This document shows positions 22,906 to 38,400 of a stretch of DNA of 64,000 nucleotides, one piece after another. How positions within the stretch are numbered: position 1 is the stretch's first letter; every line of letters begins with the position of its first letter. The stretch lies in the NCBI GenBank assembly GCA_012295275.1, contig CM022667.1, positions 20,522,001 to 20,586,000 on the forward strand. The letters run 5' to 3'. The position numbers and the translations under genes were made by a program. This stretch comes from Chrysomallon squamiferum (taxonomy: Eukaryota > Animalia > Mollusca). Below the pieces are notes generated by a model. The model was given only the letters and a program-made list of their open reading frames with translations, had not been told where the DNA came from and searched no databases.

Positions 22906-25900
22906 GCAATAATAATAATGATAATGATGATGATGATGATGTTCATGATAATAATAAACCGCAAACCATTTAAATGCAACACAAACCTCTTGCACCAGCT
23001 CCATTAAATCTTTGAGAAAGCCGTGAAGTTCTTCGTCCTCAATGTAGTCGTTGTGGTCCTACAACATCAGAAACAGTTAAACAAAGCCAGGGAACACCCC
23101 CGTCACACACAGGAACCTCACGTGCCTAAACATTCTCTTACAAGTCTACATAAAGAGTACTAATAGTGATACGAAGATACACACTAAATATAAAATATTC
23201 TTTCGTCACTGTTTCTTTTCTTACTTTTTTTTTTTTTTTTTTGTCGACAAAATACATCTGATACTACAGTATGACAATTCCAAAAAAGAAAAAAGAAAAA
23301 TTAGTAAAAATTAAAAAAAAAATAATAATAATAATTAAAAAAAAGAACTTAAAAAACATCTTGGCATTATCAATACTCTGTAGTCGCGAAATCATCGAAC
23401 AAACTGAGGCTAATTAGTTTTATAAATGTCTTCTAGTGAAATATTTCAATATTTACTTTTTATTTTTACTCTTTATTTTATTCTATTTTTTTTAAAAAAG
23501 GACAATTAACTGATTTTTCAGAATTTACGTATAATAGAAGTTGTTTATTAGTAACAAATAACACAAAAAGAAGAAAATTACTCAATTTACAGACGTTACA
23601 CATGTAACCAGCGGTGTAAATTGTAGTGTACAAGTAAAATAATAACCCCACCCGCAAACACAACAAAAAAAACAAAACCAAGCATTATCAAAATACAAAG
23701 ATAAATAAATGTCCCATTGACTAAATAATATTAAAAACGCATCTATCAAACTGGATACATTTATGCTGTCACAGAGACTGAATTCTGAGAACTTTCAATG
23801 TCCTGCACGCTGCGAATGGAAAAACAACCACGTGAACTGGGTGCTGAAACTTACCCTGTCATACAGATTGAAAACTCGTTCAATGTCGTCTCGGTTGAGT
23901 TTGTTCGCGCTCTGTGAAAATAAAAAAAGAAAGATAAACTGTTTGATTACACTAGACATAAATATTTATTCTTGTTATATCGGTGATCACTGTTTGTCTA
24001 CACTTGTAACAGTAACCATCAGTAATTGTTATGTGTCTGTGCTGGTAAAATATTTAATACACGTTTTTGTCCGAAATTTCTTTGTCAGATTAAAATTTTA
24101 TTAAAAGTTTCATTCAGTAACTGTTATCTGTATTACTTTAAAATATCTGATATAATTAGTAATTGTAATACATCGGTACTAGTCAAAATATATAATACCT
24201 GTTTAAACAATTAATCGGTTCAAGTAATCACTAACCAGTAAAAAATAATTGTTTACACCAAAAACTGTAACGTGACGTCGTAACATAAACATGCTCTTTT
24301 TGTACTCGACACAATTCTTAATCAAGGAAATTGATATTTATGATAAAAATGGTTATTATTAATTTGTTTTCAAGACACGCAACCTATTGTTATAGATTAG
24401 AGATCTGTCCAAACATGCTTGACATAAATATACTCTCTAATTTTCAAAGTTCTGTCTGTAGCTCTGAACTCGTACACAGCTATGCATATTTAACAAACCA
24501 CTAATTTAACTGGTATTTTTTGTTTTCCCCACAAGTTGTTATACGTTTTTGGAGTAGATAGTTGTTGGCAGTGGTTGACCTACATTTTATCTTGAATAAT
24601 TACGTGGCCCTTCGCAAACTGCAACGATGTCTGGATAACATATTTTCTATTATGTCAGTGTCCCGTGATAGCTTTTAAAAATGTACATATCTCAGATTTT
24701 GATTAAAAATTTGAAGGAATGTGGACTAAAACGCTTCTGGGATCAGGGGTTCTGCAGCTTAGGCTTCATTAGCTTCATAACAGACCCGCCCCTGGTGCGG
24801 ACTAATACAGGACTGTTCGCTGTACACGTGTTAAGTATTCGCACAAAAGAAGAAGAAAAAAAAGCAATACTAACGTAATTAAAAGACCACTATTCAGTTC
24901 CGCAATTATTTTCGTTACCTTGACAACGACGAAAGAGTCACTTGCCAATAATTAACACATTTAGTAAACTGGGTATACTTATTGTTAGACTGAAAGAAAG
25001 AGAGAGAACTTCAGCAGTTCTGGGAACAAACGTTAATAATAATTTAATCTGAATTCACCTTTGTAATCGTTGTCTCTGTGTATTGTAAAAAAAAAAAAAA
25101 AAAAATAATGCTACAACAACAAAACTCTTAATTGTAATTTAAGTCAGTAATCTATTGTATGTGCCAGCATCAGATATCTTGTATCAGTAATCTTTGTTGG
25201 TCTGTAATACTTCATTTTTGATAGCATTGTTTCGTTTTTTAAACGAGCGCACTTTTATATCCTTGAATTCTTACGGAGGACGCAAAACAATTCGTCGTTA
25301 CCAATAAAAAAAACAATAAAAACACGAACAGTTCACTTTACATCAATCTTTTTTTTGGTTGGCATTGAAATTTTCTTCTTCTTGTTCTTCTTCTTCTAAT
25401 TATTATTATTATTATTATTATTGACGGCTTATTTTTTTTTTTAATAAATAAAAACGGCTTTCATGACAGTTGAAACAAATATATCTGAATAACATTTTAA
25501 TGATAATAATACTTTTTTACGATGACATTATTTAAACAGTTCATAAATAAGCAAACTGTCATGCAAGGCAGAGCGAGGACATCTGTTACCTAACTGTTAC
25601 ATTTTTCTGTGTTTCCATGGAAACGCATTTAAATCAGAATAAATGACTAATAGTCGGACGGACTGGAAGCAGCTGGTAATTGCGACATTTATTTAAATAA
25701 TAAAAGGAAACGTTCTCCGCAACCGTTCTGCCTGACTCGCCGCTTAATGGTGATTCACAGTTGTGTGCACATTTTATACATACCAACACTGTTTAGACAT
25801 GTTTGCAATTACTCCCTTATGAAATACTCAAATTTGAATGAAGCTTTATGAATAAATTCATTCTGTAAGACATTTGCAATTTATATAATGGATTGTATAA

Positions 25901-28900
25901 ATAAATGTGTTTATTAATGAGGTAAGCTTGAGCAATATGTGTTGTACAATATTATAAAATATAAGTGTCAAAAATATTTCTGTTAATTCTGTTAACAATA
26001 ATAATAATAACAATAACAATAACAACAACAACAATAATATTAATATTGTATACAGTAATTGTTCATCAAAATAATGGTATAATTTCACATGTAAACTTAA
26101 CCACTTTAATGCGTATAGCTCATATGATAGTGGATACAGACAGATGAGATATGTAAATCAATCTTTCTCTCTGACTATATATTACATGTGTGTGTATGTG
26201 TATCTGATTTATGTGTGTGGGTGTGTTCGCGTTTGTATATGTGTGTATGTGTGTGTGGATGCTTGGGTATATCGCATATTGAAAGTAGATGGAAAAAGAA
26301 AACTGATAATCTGTTAACAAAAGTAGACATTATTTTATGATGAAATCGTACCTTACTCAGATTTAAACAGGTTTACACTTACTATTATTAAACAAATCAT
26401 AAAGAGATAAAACTGTCGCCTAAATATAAATACCCATGGCTCAGTTTATATTCAACACAATTTTAAAACATCAAAGAACGATAACATTTTGTAATTAGAG
26501 TATTAATAATGTAGACAGAGTGGTGTTTTTCTCATAATATTTTAATACATGTGTAAGTAAGTTATTTCTCGATGATGGAAAATGAAAGAACAATTCTTAC
26601 CTTGAAAATTGGTCGACAGAGAAAATTTTCACGTACAGGTAAGAGTCTGTTAATGAAAAAAAAATCTTATAAAGTATTACACATCACTGAATGCTTTTTA
26701 AAACAAACAACATATGTAACAAATAATGATAATCAGCAGCGTATCAATTAAATAAATGAATTAATTAATTAATTAATATATAATATAATTATAATATAAT
26801 ATAATATAATATAATATAATATAATATAATATAATATAATGTATAAATAACTTTAAAAACGTAAAACGACATAAAATAAAAACGCTATTCATTTTAGTTG
26901 TAAAATTTAACTTGTATTGTTATTTTCTAAATTATACATACATATGTGGACACATTTTTATTACTGTAATTCTGCTTGCAGATATTGTTATTACCAGAGA
27001 GGTGTTAGTATGTACAGGAATAATGATACATCATCTCATTATGTTTAATGTGCATTATATTTAATGGCATTTCAGTTGGAGACGTATACAGTAACAAGTA
27101 ACTACATATAATAATCTCAGCAACACATCTGTGAGTTACACAAATGCAGAGATTCTTCATATAATATAACAATATATATATATCGTTTTGTTTCTTGTTG
27201 TTTTGTTTTTTTCAAAATCCACGTTTTGGATAAAACACCCTTGTTAGCATATCTACCTGTATGTGTACTGCTTTTGTTTGTATATTAACAATAACAAAAA
27301 CAATAATAACAATAATAACAGTAATAAAAAATACACATACTTTGCCATTTCGCTAATTTGCAGCTTTCCATCCTTGTTTCTGTCGAAGAGCTGCAGCTAA
27401 ATACACACAATGTAAAGAAAATAATTAAAAATGTACTATAAAGAACATTTAAAATATTAGTGAAGTTTCAAGTTACCATATGTTCTGTATTATGATAAAT
27501 TCTCATTGATTTGAAAACGCTTTGGATTAAAATACGAATGTGAAAGAAAGATTTTCAATAATAATGGTCCGTGTTTATAACATAATGTGAAGATTTTATT
27601 TCTCAAAACAGGTTTATAATATAAGTACGTAATTCCGTATTTTATTACAGTAAAATACACAAGAAGCAAATGATTAATGATGATATGGAGTTTTTATTCG
27701 ATGTTATGAAATGTATATCATTAAATTTGATTTTCAAGTCAGGAATTATCCTGTAGCAGTATTTTTTTATCGTATTTTCATCAATCAAAGTGAAAATAAT
27801 ATTGTTTTTACGTTGATAATGAGTAATTTGTTCGATCTAAAATTACAACTTCAGTAAGTTATCTTCTTTCAAAATAATGATTTAGAAGGCTAAATATACA
27901 TTTTAATGACTTTTCTTAAAAAAATATATATTTTAAAATCTTTATATTTTTTAATTACATATTTTTTTAAATAATCAAACTAATGTGATATATAGAAACA
28001 ATAATAATAATTAAAAAAAGGACGATAGTGACATAAATAAATCATAAAGTATTTTGAATTCTCAAGATGACAGCAGTTTTAAGGGTTTTAACCGTATTTT
28101 CAACAAGAACACGTAGATTTTCAACACAAAAGAAAACAGAGAATGCGATAACTCAGACATTACAATGTCTCTTCAGTGTTCTCAATCACCCAGAAATCAA
28201 TAGTAAGTCTTCGTTTTAATCCTAAATGTTTCCTCTTTAAGTCTGCACTTTAAAACCAAGTACTATATTCACATTTAGAATACATTTTAATCATCATCAT
28301 CGTCATTATTACTACTACTACTACTACTAATAATAATACTATTATTATTATTATTATTATTAATCGTTAATCTAATTTTAAAAAAGGATACCCCCCAAAA
28401 AAAAGTATGTTTTTTTGTTGTATTATTTCCATATTAGATTATGGACTACACATATGTCAGTATAATCTGATTTAGTTGAAACTTTCTGTTTTGTTTTAGA
28501 CGCGGAGAAAACTTACAGCGGCTCGCGTTGATGAAGCTTTGTAAATGATGTTCAGAAAATACCATCACGTTACTTCGTGTATTGAAATAAACAGAAAGAG
28601 ACAGCAAATAAGAAGACTATTTTGAATTAAAATATTTACTATTATTAATTTTGATGTTTCATATTCTGTGTGAGAGGCAATGTTTACCGTAAAAACGAAA
28701 TATATATATATATATATTTTTTTTTCTTTTTTCTCCAGTAACTTATTCAATATTTCGTTCCAAGTGAAGGTCACAATTATCTATACATCAGTATACGATA
28801 GTATTCCAATAATTTAGTATTCTCAGTGGTCAAAATGTCTGGCAGCAGCAGCCAACTCAATTCAAAAAAGCAAAACCATCACAGATCTCTGAGAAAATCA

Positions 28901-31763
28901 TGTTTATTTCACACATTGTTTTTTTTGTGGATTTATGACTTTTGTTAGTTTCATATATCATATTTACACTGACGATAAATGAATATATTATACAGGACTT
29001 TATTGATGTATAGTCTATCGTTTTTCCCAGACGATTTTTCACTCTATAGTAATGGATGTTTTTCACTCTGGGTTTTTAGTGCGAGACTTCAAGAGATATG
29101 GGCCTTCTTCTGTCTTACAGTATTGTTTAAAATACAAGGAATATTTTAAATGTTAACACGACCCAGAATTTTCTTGTTAAACATTTGTCGCTGTCTGCCG
29201 CACATTTACTCAAAATATTTAATATCAATAACAATTATAATAGTTCTGTACACGTATTTTGCTTTTATTTGCCTCAGAATTTATATTAATAAACCTGGTA
29301 ACCCGCTAAGGACAGCCATTTCCGCCAATACCTTGGTTGATTTTGTAGTTGATTTTGAGTGCACGAGGTTCACTACATTGTAATCGTTTTTGTAAAACTA
29401 TAGATCAGTGTAAAGGTTTATTCAGAGTTTGCGAGGACAAAAATCTGGTTTTCTGAATAGTTACCATCGTGTCTGCGTAAGTAATTAGCTGTTCCTCGGA
29501 GACTTCTGTTTCCTTCTTCGATTGCTTCAGCAAATCGTATAAAAAGTTCTGAAATGCAAACCAATGACGTTAGAAAATTGATTTTATCACGTAACCAGCT
29601 CGTTATACGGAAATATTAAAACACCATTGTTCCTTCCAGATAGTAAGAACATTCCAGTGAAAATATCTAACTTGTTTAAAATGGTGGCTTCTGATTAATT
29701 AATAAGGCTTACTGTTAAATGCTAGCTTAATTATTATAACACAAGTTGGATTATTTTTTGTTTATTTACACGTTCGTTTGCTATTTTCCTTAACTGGAAT
29801 CCAAAGAACAAAATTACAAAGCTAGATAAAAATATAGTATAAACTACAGACAAAACAGGTTTTCAAAGTAATATTTGCCTAAGTAAACTTTTTAAACGTC
29901 CACAGTACTAATAATATATGCATAGAGACAGACAGACACTAATATATATATATATATATTTTACAGTAGTAAGTATAAAATGACTCATACACATATACAT
30001 GCACTCTAAAACTCTACAGTAAAAAGTTAAAAAAACACGAAACAAAACAAAACAGAATCTTACCTTTAGTTCATCTGCTTCAATGAATCCACTGCAATCA
30101 GTGTCATATTCACGCCATATCTGATTTGTAGAATTAAATATACATTTTAAATACACATTCAATATACATAATGCATGTATGCCTGTGTTTTTCTGTATGC
30201 TATATACTGTTATAAATTCATTAGTTTGAAATACATAATGAACAATCTCCGATACACGCATGTAACAGTCAGTCAGAGCACACTGTTTATGTAAATACTA
30301 AGATGACAGAGTGGATTTACTAACGACAGATATTCGTGTTCTGTAACGACTGTAATAAGACAATCGATTGCAACATGCAATGATAAAGTGAATTATTTCT
30401 CTTTAAATCTCTTGGGCACGTAGAAATGGGAGGACGGATTATATTAAATGAGTATATACAACAAAATATATCCGTGTCTGACGCAATGATCGTCTGTGAA
30501 AACATTATAATAACATCATAATCTTTGTAGTTCAAATAGTTTAACTCCGAAACCGTTAAATGTCAAACTTCTGTGTGACTCTTACTGTTTATGTGATATA
30601 TTCTATGTTTTAGTATTTAAATGTCATACTTCTGTGTGACTCTTACTGTTGATATATGTTGTATGTTTTAGTATTTAAATGTCAAATTGCTGTCACTCTC
30701 ACTGTTGATGTGATATGTTGTATGTTTTAGTATTTAAATGTCATACTGCTGTGTCACTCTTACTGTTGATATGATATATTCTATGTTTTAGTATTTAAAT
30801 GTCAAATTGCTGTGTCACTCTTACTGTTGATATATGTTGTATGTTTTAGTATTTAAATGTCAAACTGCTGTGTCACTCTTACTGTTGATATGATATATTG
30901 TATGTTTTAGTATTTAAATGTCAAACTGCTGTGTCACTCTTACTGTTGATGTGATATGTTGTATGTTTTAGTGTTTAAATGTCAAACTGCTGTGTCACTC
31001 TTGCTGTTGATGTGATATATTTTAGTATTTAAATGTCAAACTTCTGTGTCACTCTTACTGTTGATGTGATATATTTTAGTATTTAAATGTCAAACTTCTG
31101 TGTCTCTCTTACTGTTGATGTGATATATTTTAGTATTTAAATGTCAAACTTCTGTGTCTCTCTTACTGTTGATGTGATATATTGTATGTTTTAGTATTTA
31201 AATGTCAAACTTCTGTGTCACTCTTACTGTTGATGTGATATATTTTAGTATTTAAATGTCAAACTTCTGTGTCTCTCTTACTGTTGATGTGATATATTGT
31301 ATGTTTTAGTATTTAAATGTCAAAGTTACTGTCACTGTTGATGTAATACATAGTACGTTTTACTATTTAAATGTCAATTCAGTAGGAATTCAGTTTTTAA
31401 ACATTTTTACAGTATATTAAAACGTAAATAAATAAATAAAAATCATCTTTGGAACAGAAAAACAACGAAGAAGCACTAAACACATCTGGGTATAACTTAC
31501 TTTCATAAACTCGACGCTGGATTCCAGAGGATGATCGCGTCTAAACAACAACAGAAAGTTTTCTTCCATGGGCAAGATCTGAGCTAACTGTAACAACAAG
31601 TTTCAATTGTAAATAGAAAACACAGTCACAACAACACTAAATCTGGAACTTCCAATAAATTAATAAGCTCTGCATGATACAAGTCCAAAGACATGTGCAA
31701 ATCTTCATCCTGTCATATGAAAGCAAACCAGAAGAGAAGAACGATTGCATACACATGAAGATA

Positions 31764-31855
<92 letters not shown>

Positions 31856-32350
31856 AAATTATGTACTGGATTTAATAAGAATTTGAAAATTCTCAAAAGA
31901 TGAAATTAGATTAACAAAACAAGTGCTATTAATGCTTTTTTGTTTGTTCATTTTAAATGCCGATTGAGGTCCAAAACATTATTGATTTTGTGCTGCTTTG
32001 GACTGTGGTATTATTAGAGTATGTGGCGTTGAATATAATATAATAACTGTTGAGGTTAATTCTCAGAGGAATCGTGTTTTATTTGATTATTTGACCATTT
32101 TATAGATCACAATTTAATAACAAAACCACGAGTCACGAGAGAGAGAATACTCGTACACATTAGCACATATCTGCTTGGAGGATTCGGTTTTTTTCGCTCG
32201 CTTTGACATTTTCATACATTAATATCTTATATATGTATCATATTTCTCCTCTTTTTGTGTAGTCATCCATCTAGTCATTCGGCAAGAAATGTACCTGTCC
32301 CCTTGTTTCTATGCCTGCGTATGTACTTGATATATATGTATATATATATA

Positions 32351-32418
<68 letters not shown>

Positions 32419-35400
32419 CATGCACACAAGCGAACATAGTTACCAACACTTACTTACCTCAGCTATATCAATTTTTCCATCTTTGTTTTCATCAAATGCG
32501 GCAAGAATAAGATTTTTAGCTTGTTCTAGAGCTGTTTGTGAAACAACCTGAAAACAATAATTTGTAACACAAAATAAGAAATAATTTATATTTATTCATT
32601 GTACTTCTGTTATCGTAGTTTATGTGAACTGTCTATCCTGCCAACAAAACCAGTTATCCATCATTTCGGTTAAAGCATCCATAATATAAACTACGCCAAA
32701 TGAATGTTTTATTTCCAGATATATAGTCTTTGATTTAATAATTTGAATTACACTGTATGATTTCAAGGTTGTTATGGTAAATAAGCTGACAAAAATATAA
32801 TATCACATCAATTTATTTAACTAAAATAAAATAAAAGAAAGAAAGTAATTTTAAAAAAAAAAATTAAAAAAAGATTTAAAAACCAAAAAACAACAACAAC
32901 AACAACAACAAACAAAAACAAAACCAAAACAAAAACTTTTTTAACTCTTCATAACATCTAAATTTATTCTTTATGTGGAAAACTGAAATTCAGTAATTAT
33001 TCTAGAGAAAGAGAATAATTTGTTAATAGATTAACACAGAAGTATTTTTTGTTGACTGCAAATGACGTGTAACAACACAGTAACGCAGGATGAGAAACTT
33101 CTCATAAGAAAAGCTAGTCTCGACAACACAATAGTTAAAGGCACGTACATGTTACATTTTAATAATCTTTAGTCTCAGGTAATTTATACAATTTACACAG
33201 ATACATCAATTACAAATACACAGTATGCAAACGTGTATTTTAAAGAAAAAGCATCAAATCTTGACACGGCTTGTAATTATAATTAACTCCTTTTTATTTC
33301 CGTTTCATTTCTGTAGGTTTTAATTAAGTCTCGTTTTCAACATGGCAGTAGGCAATATTCTGTAAGAGAATTACGACAACGCACTGCACGGAAAAAGAAG
33401 ATAAATTTGAAACTAGCGAGTTGTTTGATACATTAAACACGCAGCACAGCAAATGACATCAAGACGTAACTGACTGTTTGTTGTTCTACCAAGTCTCCAG
33501 AAAAGTAAATTAGACAAAATGGTAGAATGTATTAGCAACATGAAGGTTCATCGTGTTATTTGAAGTTCTGATTCCGTTTCTCTCTTTTTTTTTCTTTCTA
33601 AAAATGCATCAAAAAGAAGTCGTTGCTTAATGACTGTTGTTTTAAAAAAGTGAACGTCCACAAACAACACGTGTCACCCGAGTTACTGCTTCTCAGTCAA
33701 CGTCACACACAGTGAAGATGTTGGCCTCAGTTTTCACTGTTTGATGTGCCTCAGGACTTCATTCTTGGCACTACAGGGACTATCGTGTTCCGCCTCCTTT
33801 TGAAACACACGCAATGGATTCGATTTTCATCGATTAGTTCTTTTATTTTACCTTGCAGTCGCATGTGACGCTTGAATACCACAGCTAGTATGTTTCAATC
33901 TTACTAATGGCCTGATCCAAGAACATATAAGAATTTTTTTTTTTTTCATGTTTAAAATGTTGTTAACATTTTTATTACAAACATAAAAGTGACCATTTAT
34001 TGGTGTTTTTAGCATTTGAACAAAGTGTGAGTTATGAAAATTTGTTTCTTTTTCTTTTTTTTCTTTTTAGTTTTGCAATGTTGAATTTGAATTTAATCAT
34101 TTAATCATTAGCCTAATTTGATTAGCAAATACTGTAAATCATATCAGTTGTTAAAAAAGGTAGTTGAACATTAGTGGGTATTGCTCTATCTAAAATAATT
34201 TCCCAGCTGTTGAGTAAAGCCTTAAATACTCGAGTAACTTCTGAGGTTGGACACCCCGTGACGCACAGATTCAGCAGCAGGGTCATTCCATGTCAAATCA
34301 CCCAACGTGGTTAACGTTACACTCTTCGATTATCCTGAAAACTGGTATGTACTTAACAACACGTGAGTACGTGTAATATTTGTCTTCTTTAATTTCCACC
34401 ATTAAAATGTGAATCAAACTGTTCTGCCGTCACCGATTGCAGACAAAAGTAACGAGTTTGCCCAGATTCCTCAATACTTACTACTGTTCATTTGGCCTCT
34501 ATATCATATTAACCTGTTCAGAAAGTCGTCGACTTCCGACTGCTCGTCAGACGAGTGCAGCTCGGAATTGTCGAGTGCGTGTTGTCATGACCCCCGCTCA
34601 CAGTAACCCGATTGTTCTGTCCGTCCGTGGTTCCTGTGCACTGGTAAACTCGTATCATGAGCTTTGGATACCAACGAGTTTTGTTAATGAGACGTCTGAT
34701 GAAGAACAAATCTTTTTAATATTAGCCATCTTTATTTTCACGTCAACAGAACATTGCATTGCTTTTTCTACGTCATCATGCGCCTCGATTTTTTTTTTTT
34801 TTTTTTCTGCCGGCCAAAACGACTCAACCAGTTACGTCTTTGGTCTCTTCCAAACAATAGTGATCAATATTTATTTATTTATTTACTTCATTGCACTGCG
34901 GTCTAATCTGATATATTAATTATAAAGAAAATATACATACATACGACTTAAGTTTAAGATAATTTGATTGCACACAGTAATATATAACAAATTTACGACA
35001 AACTGGTCGAAGCGGAACTTGGTTGTAAGTCAGCTGAGGTCTGTACATTACGTTTGGCGTCGTTTTCTGGCGGATGACTTTATAAACAGGCGGCCATTTC
35101 CAGGTAGATATAACAGTTGATCATTAATCTAACCAGTCTCGTTGATGAAGTGTGTTGTTACTCGCTTTGCTGAATCATCGTGCGTGCGCCAGTTAAATAT
35201 TCGTTAATTCTGTCTCTTTCCAACACTTGGAATTTTGCGTTTTATTTCTTTTTAAAAATAACAAAAACCCTAAATATAATAATAGAGTTAGATGAAGTAG
35301 AGTAGTGGTAATAGTCACAGTAGCAGTAAAAGTAGTAGTAGTATTTACTTATTGAGATTATTACATGCGATAAAGCTACTAAATACAATTATTATTATTA

Positions 35401-38400
35401 TTATTATGTATACTTTCAGTTGTGTTTGTCTGCTGATAACCTTGTTATTCGTGATTGTCTTTCTCGGCTGAAGAATTCTTCTTCCTGTTTCCGCTGTTAG
35501 ATGTTGGCTGGACATTTAAACAATGAAAGCGACTCCCCTGCCTGACCGCAGAGTCTAGCATTTCAATTAGTGAACAGACGCCAGTGAACACTGCCCTTAC
35601 TAATTCTCCATTAGTCGCTTCCAAGCAGCTGAGCTTGTTCATCAGATGAACACGAAACCTCAGGGAAACGAACCTGATTATCCAGCTACAGCCATCGTTA
35701 TCTTTGAATTTTTAATGTAGAATCAAATACACACATTTGACACTTAAAACTTGCTATAATGGAAGTTTCTATTCCTTCGAACAATTATCTGCTAGTAATT
35801 CTTCCATATTATAAATAAATAACAAGGTTTGGTTGGAAATCTTTATCATTTTCTGAATGATTGTTTAGACCTAGAAAATGGATTTCGTCATATGGAAGTA
35901 AATATTTTCTACCTACACTGCTGACTGCACGAACATAAGCAATCAAGTTGTAAGTTATAAAGTCTTCAGTTTTTATTAACTATTTACGTGCATACAAAAG
36001 AAACATATTATTTATAAAATGTATTTAAAACGATTACCATAGCTAACACACATTGATACACAGACAAACATATACACAACACAGATGCTTGTTTCATTGA
36101 TTATGTACAGATAAAATATCGCTCTGTCTGTGAACTTTTTTGTTTTTCTTATAACAACACCTGTCGACACAATGAAGCTGTCAATGTAAATTATTTATAT
36201 AAATTTCTGGATAATAAAATTTTAAATTATTATCCACAAATGTATATGGGATGGTTTAAATTTCTGAATAATGAATTTAATATCTGAATATGTAAATAAT
36301 GTAGTCAACGTGCTGGTAAGACGCATGAAAAACACATCAATGTCATTTTCACAAAAGAAATTTAAGTATCGACAAAATAGACTTTGATCACACACGCACA
36401 CACGAAACAAAATAAAATTCATTCACACACATAAACATGTTTATGTGAATCATATTTATGTATGTAAATGTGTATATATGTGTGAAAACGAGTGTTTATT
36501 TCTGTTTTTGTTAGAAAAATATTTTGATTAACGTCAGTAATAGTAATAACGCACGTTTTCCCATTCTTCGTTTGTCGTTTGATCGGATAAGCAGTCTTCA
36601 AATAAATTCGCGACATTAAGCTTTTTTGTTTGTTCTGGCCTTGGATGTGAATCGTGGGGGATTAATACGGATGTGTTAATTCAACACTTGCAGCAGAGTG
36701 TGTTAAAGCTTATTACCACGATCAACCAGTTTTTTTTCTCTCTCTTATCGCAGAACAAAGCGAAAACTGTTTTATGTAACAGTGCACGCGATACATTCTT
36801 AATCAACACGGTTAAATGACATCATACATACAGTTACGGTGCAGGACTATGAAGAAACAGGATCAGGAAACACATGTTGGTCTACTCTTTTCAGATTAGC
36901 ATCAAACGATTTTATTATACAGCTTCACACAGAGTGGAGAGAAAATACCATTGTGACCTGGACAACAAGCAGTAGAAAGCAGACCAGAAGAAAAAAAAAA
37001 CAAAACGAAAACTAGATTCAATTACGAAAACTAAAATAATGTTATGTTTTTTGTTGTTTTGTTAGCTTTTGTTTTGCAATTTCTAAAAACTATTTTTAAA
37101 TTTGGTTTTAATCTTTTCTCTTCTTATTTTTGAAATATTTTTTCATTTAACATTGATGCAAACATTTTCAGTGGGTAATAAAACCTTTAAATGGACAATA
37201 ATCTTTTATTTGCTACATTACACAGGCGTGGTTACATGAGCAATTTTATTTGAATTCATCTGTATTTATTTTTTTTTCGATCCGTGTAAACAAGGTGATA
37301 TCTGATAGAGAACAGGTGAAACTCGATCTGCTTACTGGTGGTGTAACATAAGAAGCTTCTCAATCGATATTTTACGACAAGGTTATAAGAAACTAAGTCG
37401 TTTCGTTTCGATTTTTTTTCTCTTGAATGTCAGTAACAGGAGTCTCGTTACCATTTGCACCAATTTGCAAAACATAAATATCAACTACTGAACAATATAG
37501 TCTTTCCTTCTGACTTGTGCTTCAAACAAAGCAGCAGAGCAGGTATTTGAGACTCATTGCAAAACAGCCATATTTAGTCTATTTTCTTATTATTAACGCT
37601 AAACAAATGATATCGGTGTAAAAAAAACGTAAGCTTGATAATTAAAATTGCTCGTAAATAAAATATTTATTTATAAACGAAATATAACAATTTTACGTCG
37701 AGCGTACTTGCATCTAATTGGTTAAAAACGTAATTCAGAGGTAATAAATGGACAATAAAACCCTTTTAATTGTTAGTTCTGATTTGATGAAGCCTGTTTA
37801 TTCCCGTAGAAATATCATAAAAAGAAGGAGGCGGTCATACACAGCTTTGTGTTTTTATTAGTGCTTTTATTTCGCACAATGAGTAATATCTAAATACTGA
37901 CAACGTTAACTTTCACTAAACTAGCTGATGTAAGATAAAAATAGTGTTAGTTATTTGTTTGCGCAATTTTAACATTTGACAACTGACTCAAATTTCTAAC
38001 TAATCAACGGTCTCCTTATGTTCGTATAGCGGAATACTTCAGCATAAATTATAAGATAAAAAATTAATTAAAAAAATAAACTTAAAAATAAACAATTTTT
38101 TTTTTTTTCTGACAGTGACTTAGCAGCGCTTTTCAAGAAACCGATCTCATTACCTCCTAATTGTTGAGAGTGTGTTCTGCTGAATAAGCGTATGCTACAA
38201 AACAGTAAATTCTGGAATAACGTGGTGCCAGTTTACGGTCAATCAGCAACGTCACCTAACGGAGTAATGGTGACATTTAATGTCCTGAAAGTTGTTAACA
38301 TCAATTTATTTCTTTAACAACATATTTCTCCGCACCATTTAACACAACTATTTCAGATTGAACATAATCACAGTAATTGGAAATAATTCCACTCGTTTTC

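Noticed and set aside
24700-24795. TIR-like end (..gacccgcccctg) of a small DNA transposon
   Set aside because: No partner TIR or TSD found, so too weak to call.
28780-28890. Possible alternative calbindin exon 6 (..TKLLEYYRILM resembles KLIEYTDTM)
   Set aside because: No in-phase donor, a stop upstream in frame, and no similarity over the rest.
34437-34919. 160-aa plus-strand ORF in calbindin intron 2
   Set aside because: Non-ATG start and no recognisable domain. The opposite strand shows decayed transposase-like sequence.
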